Shown in pieces: positions 9,042-18,889 of a stretch of 64,000 bases of DNA. How positions within the stretch are numbered: position 1 is the first letter of the stretch; each line of letters opens with the position of its first letter. The DNA is from an uncultured Gammaproteobacteria bacterium (GTDB lineage: Bacteria > Patescibacteriota > Microgenomatia > Levybacterales > UBA12049). A model generated the notes under the pieces. That model worked only from the letters and a program-made list of their open reading frames with translations, had not been told where the DNA came from and did no database searches. The stretch is taken from assembly GCA_964372855.1 (NCBI GenBank), contig CAYJRY010000001.1, positions 18,794 to 82,793 on the forward strand, given 5' to 3'. A program made the position numbers and the translations under genes.

Positions 9042-9710
9042 CTACCGTATGGTGAAAGGTACAGCTTTATTTTCGTTAACACTATGAGGACTTTCATCGT
9101 AAATGTTTTTAATTTTTGCGATCCAAGCAGCAATCATGTGATTAAGCACCAATTGTATATCCTCGATAGGACCATAATGATTGCTGTTGATAATAATTGA
9201 ATGGTTAACTAAACCCCCTAATTTTCCTCCAGTTTTAAAACCTAAAATCCCAATAGTTATTGCACCACATTCTTTCGCATATTCTATCGCTTTTACTACA
9301 TTTGGGCTATTGCCGCTTCCAGATAGAGCAATAACAATATCATCTGTTTCAACTAAATTACGAAGCTGTTGTACAAAAATGTCATCAAAACTTAGGTCGT
9401 TTGCAAAAGCAGTCATAATAGCAACATTATCGGTTAGGGAAATAACACGAAATCGTCTTTCTGTATTATCGTAAATTCGCTGCAATGTACCTTTTCCTAA
9501 GTCGCAGGCCATATGTGAAGCTGTGGATGCTGATCCACCATTTCCAATAATAAAAACTTTCCTGTCTTTTTTATATGCTGCGACTAATAAATCTATAATT
9601 ATTTCAATTTTGGTCGTATCGAGCGAGTCCAAGCATTTTTTAAGCTCCATAAGATACTCATTGATAAAATTTTTAGGATCTGGCATTTTGTGTATTATCT
9701 TTGTTTTCAC
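9042..9710 (-). CDS. gmhA: Sedoheptulose-7-phosphate isomerase (SIS domain), GmhA
   Basis: 222 aa. It carries VFIIGNGGSASTASHMACDL and ALSGSGNSPNV SIS motifs and has the typical GmhA length. Confidence 0.75.
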   Translation of the reverse strand: MKTKIIHKMPDPKNFINEYLMELKKCLDSLDTTKIEIIIDLLVAAYKKDRKVFIIGNGGSASTASHMACDLGKGTLQRIYDNTERRFRVISLTDNVAIMTAFANDLSFDDIFVQQLRNLVETDDIVIALSGSGNSPNVVKAIEYAKECGAITIGILGFKTGGKLGGLVNHSIIINSNHYGPIEDIQLVLNHMIAAWIAKIKNIYDESPHSVNENKAVPFTIR

Positions 9711-9711
9711 C

Positions 9712-10692
9712 TTAATCTATAAAAATAATTTTACTCCCTTGTTGTTCAAATAAAAGTTCTTGATAAACAAGTTCTGGAAGAGAATTAATAATTTTTGCAT
9801 GCTTTTCCTCAGGCGCATAAAAGAGCAAAAATCCTCCACCTCCTGCGCCTAAAAGTTTTCCTCCAATTGCTCCATTTTTTCGAGCAATTGTATACCATTT
9901 ATCTATTGTTGAATTAGATATTCCTTCCGCCATTTGCATTTTCAATAACCAATTTTCATGCAGCATCTCACCAAACGAATCAAGGTTGTTTTTATTAAGT
10001 GCTTTTTGCATTTCCTTAGTGATTCCTACCATTCTACTCATTAATTTACGTTTCTTTTTCTGGGAAGCCAAATTTCTTGTCTGTTTTGCCAAAATCGGAT
10101 TTGCAGATCTTGTAATACCAGTATAAAAGAGGAGTAATCTCTTCTCTAAAATTCTTTTTGTTTCTATTTTACATATAATAGGGTCCACATATACAGTCTC
10201 ATTTGGATTAAATTGCATATACTGAAAACCCCCATAAGCAGCTGCATACTGATCTTGTTTGCCAATAGGCTTATTTAATATATCTATTTCAATTTTACAT
10301 GCTTCTTTTGCCAACTTCTCAGCATTTACATGTTTACCTTGAAATGCATAAAGTGCATTCAAAAGACCCACAACATAAGAACTTGAAGATCCCATTCCCG
10401 TACCTTCGGATGGAATATCCGCAATTGAAGTAATGTGAATTCCTCCTTTTATCCCGGTTAGCTTTAGTGCTTCTCTTACAAGATTATTTTCAATATCTGA
10501 TACTCTACGAACAATTTCTGTTTTTGAATAATTAATGATAATTCTGCCATCAAATTGATTATTAACTGCTATGTAGACATATTTATTAATCGCTGTCGCA
10601 ACAACAGCACCAATATGCTTTTTATAAAAACTCGCAATATCACTCCCACCTCCCACAAAACTAATTCGAAGCGGTGTTCGCGAAATTATCAT
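9712..10692 (-). CDS. hddA: D-glycero-alpha-D-manno-heptose 7-phosphate kinase (GHMP kinase), HddA
   Basis: 326 aa. It has RTPLRISFVGGGSD at the N-terminus, GMGSSSS, and GKQDQYAAAYGGFQYMQF, which is near-identical to the HddA-type GHMP heptose kinase motif. GAGGGGF is also present. Confidence 0.8.
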   Translation of the reverse strand: MIISRTPLRISFVGGGSDIASFYKKHIGAVVATAINKYVYIAVNNQFDGRIIINYSKTEIVRRVSDIENNLVREALKLTGIKGGIHITSIADIPSEGTGMGSSSSYVVGLLNALYAFQGKHVNAEKLAKEACKIEIDILNKPIGKQDQYAAAYGGFQYMQFNPNETVYVDPIICKIETKRILEKRLLLFYTGITRSANPILAKQTRNLASQKKKRKLMSRMVGITKEMQKALNKNNLDSFGEMLHENWLLKMQMAEGISNSTIDKWYTIARKNGAIGGKLLGAGGGGFLLFYAPEEKHAKIINSLPELVYQELLFEQQGSKIIFID

Positions 10693-11867
10693 AAATACCT
10701 ACACGCTATATCATAAAGGCTTTTATTTATTGTGACCAAAAATGTCTTACAACCAGCACTTTTACCTGCTATCATATCACGCTCGTCATCTCCAATGCAA
10801 TAACTATTAAATAAATTTATATGATGCTTTGCTGCGGCTAAAAAAAATAAACCAGGATTTGGCTTTCGGCAAAAACAGCCTTCATCCCATCCGTGTCTAC
10901 AGATAAAAATATCTGCTATTTCACCACCATTTTTTTTAATTTCATTAAGCATATTAGTATGAATATTTCTCAACTCATCTTCCTGTAGCATTTTTCTTGC
11001 TATACCTGGTTGATTTGTAATAATAAAAACCATATATCCTTTTACCTTTAAGAGTTTTAATGCTTCTTTTGCTTTTGGTAAAAAATGAAATTCTTCCCAT
11101 TTTCTAACATATTGTGCTTTTGGTGGTTTTTCATTGATTGTTCCATCGCGGTCAAGAAAGATAATTTTTTTCTTTTTAAAAAATTCTTCAATGACTGGTA
11201 TCCTTTCTAAATTACTCAAGCTATAATACTTGTGATATGTTAAAAATCCAGCTAGTTGTTTTTGGGAAATAAGCTTAGGCAATACAGTAGTTTCAAACGA
11301 GCAATTCTCTTGGAGCAAAAAATCTATGACACTTTTTTTCAAAATAAAAAATCCTATATCCACACCATTGAGATTTTTTGCTTCTCTTTTTTTATCGTAT
11401 ACTTCAACAAGCCCTTCTGAATTTACGTATATATTATTTTTCGTGTAATTATCTAAATTACGATAAACGGTTATAAGACCAAGCGTACGTTTTTCTTTAT
11501 AAAATGATTCTAGATCGTTAAGCCTAAGCGGCCAATAATTATCTCCATATAAGAGAAGAAAATGCTTAGCAAAAAGTCGTGATGCATTTCTCAGGCGAGT
11601 TCCGGTATCTGCCTCTACCGGGTCATACGAATATGTAATTTTTAAACCAAACTTTTCCCCTTTACCGAAATATTCTTCAATCTGTTCATGCAGATATCCA
11701 ACTAAAATAATGACTTCCTCAATTCCATTTTTTTTCAAAAGCTCGAGAAGATATGCTAGAAAAGGCTTGCCATGAATTGGAATCATAGGCTTAGGCATAG
11801 TATTTGTTAGAGGCCTCATTCGAGTACCCAGACCGCCAGCTAAAATAACTGCTTGCTTAATTGTCAT
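10689..11867 (-). CDS. Bifunctional fusion of heptose-1-phosphate nucleotidyltransferase (HddC-like) and D,D-heptose 1,7-bisphosphate phosphatase (GmhB-like, HAD)
   Basis: 392 aa. The N-terminus AVILAGGLGTRMRPLTNTMPKPMIPI is an NTP-transferase. The C-terminal ~170 aa IIFLDRDGTIN...ITNQPGIARK...GDDERDMIAGKSAG is a GmhB-type HAD phosphatase. Confidence 0.75.
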   Translation of the reverse strand: MTIKQAVILAGGLGTRMRPLTNTMPKPMIPIHGKPFLAYLLELLKKNGIEEVIILVGYLHEQIEEYFGKGEKFGLKITYSYDPVEADTGTRLRNASRLFAKHFLLLYGDNYWPLRLNDLESFYKEKRTLGLITVYRNLDNYTKNNIYVNSEGLVEVYDKKREAKNLNGVDIGFFILKKSVIDFLLQENCSFETTVLPKLISQKQLAGFLTYHKYYSLSNLERIPVIEEFFKKKKIIFLDRDGTINEKPPKAQYVRKWEEFHFLPKAKEALKLLKVKGYMVFIITNQPGIARKMLQEDELRNIHTNMLNEIKKNGGEIADIFICRHGWDEGCFCRKPNPGLFFLAAAKHHINLFNSYCIGDDERDMIAGKSAGCKTFLVTINKSLYDIACRYL

Positions 11868-11873
11868 GTGAAA

Positions 11874-13103
11874 TTAAAGAACCTTAGGATTATTTGGTAA
11901 AGGCAAAATGAACGTACCTTTGTATTTATATTTATCATTAAGAGTTTTCATAATCTCATTTTTAAAATTCCACGCCAAGATTACAACAAGATGTGGATTT
12001 CTTTTCATTACTTTATCTGGGCTTTCGATTGGAATATGAGTACCAGCTGTAAATAATCCTTGCTTTAAAGGATTCTGGTCAGCAATTACTCTAATATATT
12101 TTGTATTTATACCACAATAATTAAGAAGCGTTGAACTTCTGGCTGAGGCGCCATAACCAACAATAACTTTATTTTTATTTTCATACAAAATTGCAAGTAA
12201 CTTTTCTTTGTGCATTTTAACTCTTTTTGTAAAATTCTCCCAAGCATTGAAAGTATTTAACATAATCTTTTTTTCAGCTTTTCTGTATTCTTCAACTATT
12301 GATGTTTCTTTAAGCTTTGTTTTTCTAATATAAATTACTAAGGATCCTCCACTTATCGGGCTTGTTGTAATATCTTCGATAAAAAGACCGTATCTATGTA
12401 ATAACTCTTCTAAACTCTTAATAGTAAAGTAACATAAATGTTCATGATAGATAGAGTCGTAATGAAGCTCTTGGTATATCTTTTTTGCGTAATGTATCTC
12501 AATTACCAACATGCCATCATTTGCAAGTACCATATGCATTCCTTTAATAAAACTATGAGTATCTTCCACATGAGGAAGCACGTTTCTTGCAAATATTACT
12601 CTTGCAGGTCCCATATCCTTTAGTATTCTTCTTGCAGATGATACGCCAAAAAATTCGCACCTTGTTGGTACACCAGCAGCGATTGCTTTTTCTACAATAT
12701 TTTTTGCTGGGTCAACTCCTAACACTGTATAACCGTTTTTTATAAAGGGAAGAAGAAATGTTCCATCGTTACTTGCTACCTCCAAAATATAACCTTTTTT
12801 ATTGTTTTTTAATCGATATATTATCTCTTTATAAAATACTTTGGCATGAATTCTTGCCGTGCTTGAGGTGCCTGTAACCCAGACATAATTTGAAAATAGA
12901 TCCTTGGGATTTGGAGTATGGTTTAGTTGTACCAAACTACAATTTTCACAATAGCTTAATGACAAAGGATAAAAATTCTCTTTATCGTTTGGACTTTTTA
13001 AGAGGGAATTTGCGTATGGCTGATGACCTAAGTCCAAAAACTCCTTAATCTTTCTAGTTTTACAAATACGGCATGAGTCAATTCTTTTCATTAACAAAAT
13101 CAA
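11874..13103 (-). CDS. NDP-sugar C-methyltransferase-family protein (Zn-ribbon + SAM MTase + C-methyltransferase C-domain architecture)
   Basis: 409 aa. The N-terminal CRIC...(36 aa)...CENC four-Cys putative zinc-binding domain is followed by an LGHQPYANSLL motif. It has a central MTase (ILEVASNDGTFLLPF) and a long C-terminal domain. This is the architecture of the TylC3/NovU-type sugar C-methyltransferases. Confidence 0.6.
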   Translation of the reverse strand: MILLMKRIDSCRICKTRKIKEFLDLGHQPYANSLLKSPNDKENFYPLSLSYCENCSLVQLNHTPNPKDLFSNYVWVTGTSSTARIHAKVFYKEIIYRLKNNKKGYILEVASNDGTFLLPFIKNGYTVLGVDPAKNIVEKAIAAGVPTRCEFFGVSSARRILKDMGPARVIFARNVLPHVEDTHSFIKGMHMVLANDGMLVIEIHYAKKIYQELHYDSIYHEHLCYFTIKSLEELLHRYGLFIEDITTSPISGGSLVIYIRKTKLKETSIVEEYRKAEKKIMLNTFNAWENFTKRVKMHKEKLLAILYENKNKVIVGYGASARSSTLLNYCGINTKYIRVIADQNPLKQGLFTAGTHIPIESPDKVMKRNPHLVVILAWNFKNEIMKTLNDKYKYKGTFILPLPNNPKVL

Positions 13104-13111
13104 AGTATATC

Positions 13112-14083
13112 CTAAGCTTGTTGATTAGCATTTTGAGTAGTAACTTGGTATAAATTTTTATTTTTTTTAAACCAATCTATTGTTTTTGTAAGACCTTCCT
13201 CTATTGTATTTCTTTGTTTCCATTTAAGAACCATTTTCATTTTTGAAACATCTGCTTCCCAACGTGAAGGCTCAATATATCTGGCTTGCTTTGCCACAGT
13301 TCCCCATTGTACATTAGATTTACTTTTTGTAATTTTTTGTATCATTTGTACTATTTCCCCCACTGAGTGTTGCTTACCACTTCCAATGTTGTATATCTCT
13401 CCATATTCATGTTTTAACTCTACAGCATGCAGATATGCATCTATAACGTCATCTATAAAGATAAAATCGCGAACAAAAACTGGGTTAGAAACTCTAATTG
13501 GATTTCCTTCTAAAGCACTTAAAACCACAGATGGAATAAGGCGATTTTTTCCTTCAAAATATCCATAGGGAGTAAATAAGCGGAAATTGATTATGGGTAA
13601 TTTATTTCTTATAGCCTCTTTCTGACAATAGAGAGTAATTACTGATTTTATAACACCATTATTATTTACAGGTTTTAGTAGATCCGTCTCTCGCATAGGC
13701 GTTTCTTTAACTCCATATTCATCTCCGCTACTTGTGTTAATAAATAACTTAAATGGATTTTCCTTAACAGCATCAAGTAGATTTATTGTCCCTTTTAGAT
13801 TAATATCTATCATTTTATATATGTCATCTTCTTCCGGTAAGTTTCCGTATCTGGCTAAATGAAAGATATAGTCTGGTGATATTTTTTTAACTATTGTATG
13901 CAATTTTTTATCTTGAATATCACATTCGTAAATATGTATTTTGTCATAGACATCATGCAATCTCCAATTTAATTTTTTGTCTCTAACAATTACATGTGTC
14001 TTTTGGCCCTGTTTTATTAACTCTCTAATCAAATTAGCTCCAATGAATCCAGTTGCACCAGTAACAAGAAAAGTATTTTTCAT
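13112..14083 (-). CDS. NAD(P)-dependent sugar epimerase/reductase (extended SDR), candidate 4-keto reductase/epimerase
   Basis: 323 aa. It has a GATGFIGANL Rossmann motif. It sits next to the Gmd-like dehydratase. Confidence 0.6.
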   Translation of the reverse strand: MKNTFLVTGATGFIGANLIRELIKQGQKTHVIVRDKKLNWRLHDVYDKIHIYECDIQDKKLHTIVKKISPDYIFHLARYGNLPEEDDIYKMIDINLKGTINLLDAVKENPFKLFINTSSGDEYGVKETPMRETDLLKPVNNNGVIKSVITLYCQKEAIRNKLPIINFRLFTPYGYFEGKNRLIPSVVLSALEGNPIRVSNPVFVRDFIFIDDVIDAYLHAVELKHEYGEIYNIGSGKQHSVGEIVQMIQKITKSKSNVQWGTVAKQARYIEPSRWEADVSKMKMVLKWKQRNTIEEGLTKTIDWFKKNKNLYQVTTQNANQQA

Positions 14084-14085
14084 TT

Positions 14086-15069
14086 TTAATAAAGGCCTTT
14101 TTCAACAAAATTTCGCCAATATACCAAAACATCGTCAATAATATTTTCAAAAGATAGCTTTTGTGTCCAACCAGTTGCTTCGTAAAATTTGCTTGAATCT
14201 CCTATAACAACAGCTTCATTTGTAGCGCGAATAAATTTCTCCATTATCTTATGTTTTATTTTCCCTTTAAATACAGATTTCTTAATCAGACTTTTTATTG
14301 CATCATCAAATGTACCAATGTTTTCCCTTTTATCAGAACCGACCAAGTAAGCTTCTGGCTTGCAGTGTTCTAAAGCCAACCAATACGCCTCAACTATATC
14401 TTTTACATGGATGAAATTACGTTTTGCCGATACATACCCACTTTGTAAAATTGGTTTTTGTAATCCTTTTTCGATTCGAGCAATCTGGTAAGCATACCAT
14501 GGAAGACCGAATATGTAATCTCGTCTTGGTCCTTCTATATTAAAAGCCCGCGTACGAACAACATGAAGACCATATGTTTTGTGATAGACATAACCAATAT
14601 AATCTTGTGCTATTTTTGACACTGCATACGGATTTAAAGGATTAAGTGGGGTCTCTTCTTTCATGGGTAAATATTCTTTGGGAATATCACCATACATTGC
14701 TACACTACTTGCAATAAGTATTTTTGCAGTTTTATTTGCAATTCTTACTGCTTCCAAAAGGTTGAGAGTTCCTTTATAATTTACATCCATATAGTGACTT
14801 GGGTGAGTCCATGATGGACCAAGTCCACTTTCTGCAGCAAAGTGAAAAATTTTTGTCGGTTTTATTTTTTCAATAATACTTCCTATTCCTATTGGATCTG
14901 TTAAATCGCAATCAAGGAATTCTATCTTAGAAAGTATATGTGCAACATTTCGAAGCCTGGATAAATTCCATCGTTTTAATCCATACACCTTAACACCTTT
15001 ACTCAAAACATAATCGGCCATGTGAGAGCCAACAAAACCGGTAATACCTGTGATGAGAACTTTTTCCAT
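14086..15069 (-). CDS. GDP-mannose 4,6-dehydratase family (Gmd/DmhA-like) NDP-sugar 4,6-dehydratase
   Basis: 327 aa. It has VLITGITGFVGSH and RAFNIEGPRRDYIFGLPWYAYQIARIEKGLQ...SAKRNFIHVKDIVEAYWLALEH. This closely follows the Gmd signature FNHESPRRG...[25 protein letters not shown]. Confidence 0.7.
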   Translation of the reverse strand: MEKVLITGITGFVGSHMADYVLSKGVKVYGLKRWNLSRLRNVAHILSKIEFLDCDLTDPIGIGSIIEKIKPTKIFHFAAESGLGPSWTHPSHYMDVNYKGTLNLLEAVRIANKTAKILIASSVAMYGDIPKEYLPMKEETPLNPLNPYAVSKIAQDYIGYVYHKTYGLHVVRTRAFNIEGPRRDYIFGLPWYAYQIARIEKGLQKPILQSGYVSAKRNFIHVKDIVEAYWLALEHCKPEAYLVGSDKRENIGTFDDAIKSLIKKSVFKGKIKHKIMEKFIRATNEAVVIGDSSKFYEATGWTQKLSFENIIDDVLVYWRNFVEKGLY

Positions 15070-15179
15070 ACTTTCTATTCTACATTTTATGAGAAATGTT
15101 AATTCTCTATACGTGAATAATAATTCATATCAAGTAATTCAATTTAAAACAGACTATTGGTATTTACGGATCGATCAGT

Positions 15180-15881
15180 TTATACCTTTATGATAAGGCA
15201 CTGTGATCCTGATAGTTCAACAATCGTTTCTGGTTTGTCTTTAAAAAATTCATCAAATGCCTTGCTTACACCTCCTATTGTCATATAATCATGAGAGAGA
15301 ATTATTCCTCCTTTACTCATTCGGGGATAAAAGAACTTAAGAGAGTCAAGTGTACTTTTGTATAAATCAACATCCAGATGTACAAATGAGAATCGTTTAT
15401 TTTCAATAGGGGCAGCTGTTTGAGGAAATATTCCTTTATAGAAATAGACCCTTTTTTCGCTCTTCAAATATACTTTTACTTCTTCAAATAAGAGATTAAA
15501 TCTACCTTTGTAGAATTCGGGATCATCATACTCTGTTGTATCTGGTAATCCATCAAAGGTGTCAAATAAATAGAGATTTTTCTTCCCTTTAAATTGGGAT
15601 ATAATTTTTGCGGTTCCTCCTTTAAATACGCCCACTTCTGCAACATCCCCAGGAATTTTTTGAGTATTTTTAACAAGCATTGCTATTGAATACGCTTCAT
15701 TATACGTAACCCAAGTTTCCCGTTCTTTTTTAATTCTTGTAATCAGATCAAACGTTGATATACTTTTTTTGTTATTATATCTTATGAGTACAAAACGTTT
15801 TGAAACAAGAGTGTTCGCGACGCTTTCAAAAAAAATGTCTCGAAAAAAACTAAGAATGTGAGATAGTCCTTTTTCTTCCAT
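15180..15881 (-). CDS. TylF/MycF-family (macrocin O-methyltransferase-like) SAM-dependent sugar O-methyltransferase
   Basis: 233 aa. It has VAEVGVFKGGTA, LFDTFDGLP and VHLDVDLYKST...GGIILSHDY, the characteristic TylF-family motifs. Confidence 0.65.
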   Translation of the reverse strand: MEEKGLSHILSFFRDIFFESVANTLVSKRFVLIRYNNKKSISTFDLITRIKKERETWVTYNEAYSIAMLVKNTQKIPGDVAEVGVFKGGTAKIISQFKGKKNLYLFDTFDGLPDTTEYDDPEFYKGRFNLLFEEVKVYLKSEKRVYFYKGIFPQTAAPIENKRFSFVHLDVDLYKSTLDSLKFFYPRMSKGGIILSHDYMTIGGVSKAFDEFFKDKPETIVELSGSQCLIIKV

Positions 15882-15888
15882 TGCTTTG

Positions 15889-16869
15889 TTATTCTATCTT
15901 ATTCTTTCCAAATAAGAAAGATTCTATAGTCCAAAAAGTTTCGTAATAAAGAAGAAAAACATTTAAAAAGGGTAAAATAATTATTCTAGGATCTTGTAGT
16001 GAAGATTTAGTAATAAACATTTTTCTTGTATACAAAAATGAATACATAATAAGCAATAGTAAACCAACAGTATGCAAGTACGGTATAAAAGGAAAAATTG
16101 ATATAACAGGTCTTACCAATAAAAAAAGGCCATCTTTAAGGAGTGACACACCTCTCATCCGAATGCATCTTCCATTAGTCCTCGAATCCATTCTTTGTTT
16201 ATCAAGTAATTTACGTAATGAAAAACCTTTTCCCAAATAATGCAGATGTGTAATTACTGCTTCACTTTTCATTACTTTTCCTATTTTACCAAGGCTTTGG
16301 TGTAAGTCTGCATCGAAGCCTCCAAAACCAAAATTTTTTACATCAATGCCTCCTATCTGTTGATATTTCTTTTTTCTTATGCAATCAAATTTTGTAGTAA
16401 GACCAGCAACTGCACTTCCTACCTGACGAGCGAAATAACATTTTTCCCAGAAACTGTATGTTAGCCAGACACTTTCTAGTAAAACAATTGTTGGATATGC
16501 TGCAATAATATCGTTATTTTCTATAATTGGCCTTGTTAACTTATATAATTCATCTGCCGTTGGCAAAGTACAATCTGAATGCATTAAAACTACAAGCGAT
16601 GATTTTGCAGTTTCCACTCCTAAATTAAAACTTGCGCCAAGACCAAAGTTTTTATTGCGTGAAATAATACGGATGGGTATTTTTGATTTTTTTTCAAAAT
16701 TTCTAACAATTTCTATAGAGTTATCAGAAGATGCATTATCAATAACGATAACTTCTTTTATGGGATAAGTTTGCATATGTATGCTATGCAACGAAAACAA
16801 AACAGTTGTTGCGGCGTTTCTCATTGGGAGTATTATTGTTACTGGTACTTCCCTATTAATTTTAATCAT
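15889..16869 (-). CDS. GT2-family glycosyltransferase with C-terminal transmembrane segments
   Basis: 326 aa. It has VTIILPMRNAATT...VIVIDNASSDNS, with an acidic motif within VLMHSDC. Confidence 0.6.
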   Translation of the reverse strand: MIKINREVPVTIILPMRNAATTVLFSLHSIHMQTYPIKEVIVIDNASSDNSIEIVRNFEKKSKIPIRIISRNKNFGLGASFNLGVETAKSSLVVLMHSDCTLPTADELYKLTRPIIENNDIIAAYPTIVLLESVWLTYSFWEKCYFARQVGSAVAGLTTKFDCIRKKKYQQIGGIDVKNFGFGGFDADLHQSLGKIGKVMKSEAVITHLHYLGKGFSLRKLLDKQRMDSRTNGRCIRMRGVSLLKDGLFLLVRPVISIFPFIPYLHTVGLLLLIMYSFLYTRKMFITKSSLQDPRIIILPFLNVFLLYYETFWTIESFLFGKNKIE

Positions 16870-16870
16870 T

Positions 16871-17977
16871 TTATTCTAGAATACGGAATATCTCCCGATA
16901 GTGAGTTTCGTAATAAAAATAGTCGTTAAATTTTTTTAATCCCGCAAGATACTTTGTATAGTTTTTTTTCATATCTAAAAGTGCTTTCTCAAACTCAATT
17001 TCATCGTTATTTACAAGTATGCCGCAATTAAATCGTTTTAGATATGGGGCTATTGCGGACATATTAGACATAATAATTGGTAAACCTAGCGAAGCATAGG
17101 TTTTAACTTTGCCTGGATCGGTATAATAGGTACCATTTGTTGGCGTAATATCATATAGAGCAACACCTACTTGACATGTTTTAGATTCTTCCTCAAGCTC
17201 TTTGTCAGAAAAAAATCGGTTTGGGAAATAAACTTGATTCTCTATCTTATATTCTTCTATCTTCTTACTATACTTTTTATATGCATCTCCAACACATACT
17301 CCAATTAGTTTAAGTTTGTAATTCTTATGTTTCTTTAAGAAATTAAATAAAAACTCTACGCCTTGAGAGCCTTTCATGACACCTACAAATAAAATCGTAA
17401 GATTTTTAGTATCAAATTTTCTTTTAATATTTCTTGGCTTAACTCCCCACAGTATAGTTTTTCTATAAGGAGTATTTAAGATCTTACCGTTCATTTTTTC
17501 ATTTATTAAATCTCCCGAATAGAAGGCGTATTTTACTTTTTTGTTATAATGTCTCTTAAGAGCTTCAAATAATATAAGTGAAATATTCACGGGGGGGAAA
17601 AAATCTCCATCAAGAAAAAGAAAATCTATATTTCTAATCTTTTTTTGTAAAGACATTCCAAAAAAAGAAATTGGATGCCAAGAAATAACAATTACTTTTT
17701 CGTTTTTAGAGAAATACTTGAGAAGTGAACGTAAATAATTAACATACCACAAAAAATAATGAAGAAAAATGTTTTTTGAAAGTATTATTTTTTCTACTTT
17801 TACTAGTCTTCCATTCTTATAAAGACGTATTGCATTCTTATCATAGTTCTGCCTGTAATCCAAAATGAAAACAACAAGCTTTTCGGTATGCTTTATAAAA
17901 TATTCTTCTGCATCTGTCGTAGCCGTCGACTGGTTACTAGAATACATAAAAATATTTTTATAATACATTTTGTTCAT
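16871..17977 (-). CDS. Probable GT-B fold glycosyltransferase (divergent GT1/GT4-like)
   Basis: 368 aa. The C-terminal half LTILFVGVMKGSQGVEFL...YASLGLPIIMSN resembles a GT-B donor-binding domain. The canonical E...E motif is degenerate. Confidence 0.4.
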   Translation of the reverse strand: MNKMYYKNIFMYSSNQSTATTDAEEYFIKHTEKLVVFILDYRQNYDKNAIRLYKNGRLVKVEKIILSKNIFLHYFLWYVNYLRSLLKYFSKNEKVIVISWHPISFFGMSLQKKIRNIDFLFLDGDFFPPVNISLILFEALKRHYNKKVKYAFYSGDLINEKMNGKILNTPYRKTILWGVKPRNIKRKFDTKNLTILFVGVMKGSQGVEFLFNFLKKHKNYKLKLIGVCVGDAYKKYSKKIEEYKIENQVYFPNRFFSDKELEEESKTCQVGVALYDITPTNGTYYTDPGKVKTYASLGLPIIMSNMSAIAPYLKRFNCGILVNNDEIEFEKALLDMKKNYTKYLAGLKKFNDYFYYETHYREIFRILE

Positions 17978-17986
17978 GTGCTTGAA

Positions 17987-18871
17987 TTACACTTTTCTTG
18001 CTTTCAAAAAGATTCCAACTGTTGATTCTTTTTCTGAGAATTTTCTATTGTTTCGTTTATCTAGCCAGTTGATAATATGCAAGAGAAGCGAAAACAATGT
18101 TTTCTTATCGCCTTTAAATTTGCTTAATGTGGCGCGGATTTTTTGCGGAACATTCTTTGATGTACGAAGACGAAAACCAATATTGGCAATATGATGATTA
18201 AAAGGTAAAGCGAAGTGCGATAGACACTCAAGGCGATCTATAGAAAAGCCGGAATCTTTTATTAATTTACGAAGTTCCGGCACACCGTATAACCTTTCAT
18301 GAAAATTCCATATACCAGCCCAGAAACCAGATTTAACATGCGTTTTAAACAAACGTTGCATAATGTAATTAACAGGATCCCAAAAGAAAGGGTAGTTCCA
18401 ATGGGGAACAGTAACATACATTGTGCCATTCTTGGCAAGTACTCTTTTGATCTCCATCATACCTTTTCTTTCATCCGGTAAATGTTCGAGCACTTCACTA
18501 CAAATTACTTTATTGAATTGACCATTCTTAAAAGGCATTTTATATATATCACCTACTATATAGCGAACACTTTTAGAACCGACTTGCTTTTTGGCATTCG
18601 TAATTGCTTTTTCATCACTATCAATACCAGTTAGATGAAAATCTCCTAATCGTGAAAGAAGGTACAAATAAAATCCATCGCCGCAACCTGCGTCCAAAAT
18701 TTTATCATTTTTTTCAGGATCTAGTTCTCTTATAAGGAGTTTAGCTCGTCTCTTAAGACACATGTCGCCTGTATTTGCAAGAAGTAACTCAAGTTTTTCT
18801 TCATTTACCATATCTGATTCCTTTAATTGAATAATTGTAGCAGAAATCTTAATTTGTGTGTAGCATTGCAT
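17987..18871 (-). CDS. Class I SAM-dependent methyltransferase (paralog group A, second copy)
   Basis: 294 aa. It has ILDAGCGDGFY and VICSEVLEHLPDERKGMMEIKRVLAKNGTMYVTVPHWNYPFFWDPVNYIMQRLF, the same signature as 5185-6009. The true start is probably an internal Met (MVNEEK...). Confidence 0.7.
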   Translation of the reverse strand: MQCYTQIKISATIIQLKESDMVNEEKLELLLANTGDMCLKRRAKLLIRELDPEKNDKILDAGCGDGFYLYLLSRLGDFHLTGIDSDEKAITNAKKQVGSKSVRYIVGDIYKMPFKNGQFNKVICSEVLEHLPDERKGMMEIKRVLAKNGTMYVTVPHWNYPFFWDPVNYIMQRLFKTHVKSGFWAGIWNFHERLYGVPELRKLIKDSGFSIDRLECLSHFALPFNHHIANIGFRLRTSKNVPQKIRATLSKFKGDKKTLFSLLLHIINWLDKRNNRKFSEKESTVGIFLKARKV

Positions 18872-18889
18872 GTGAGTAACCTTTTTTTG

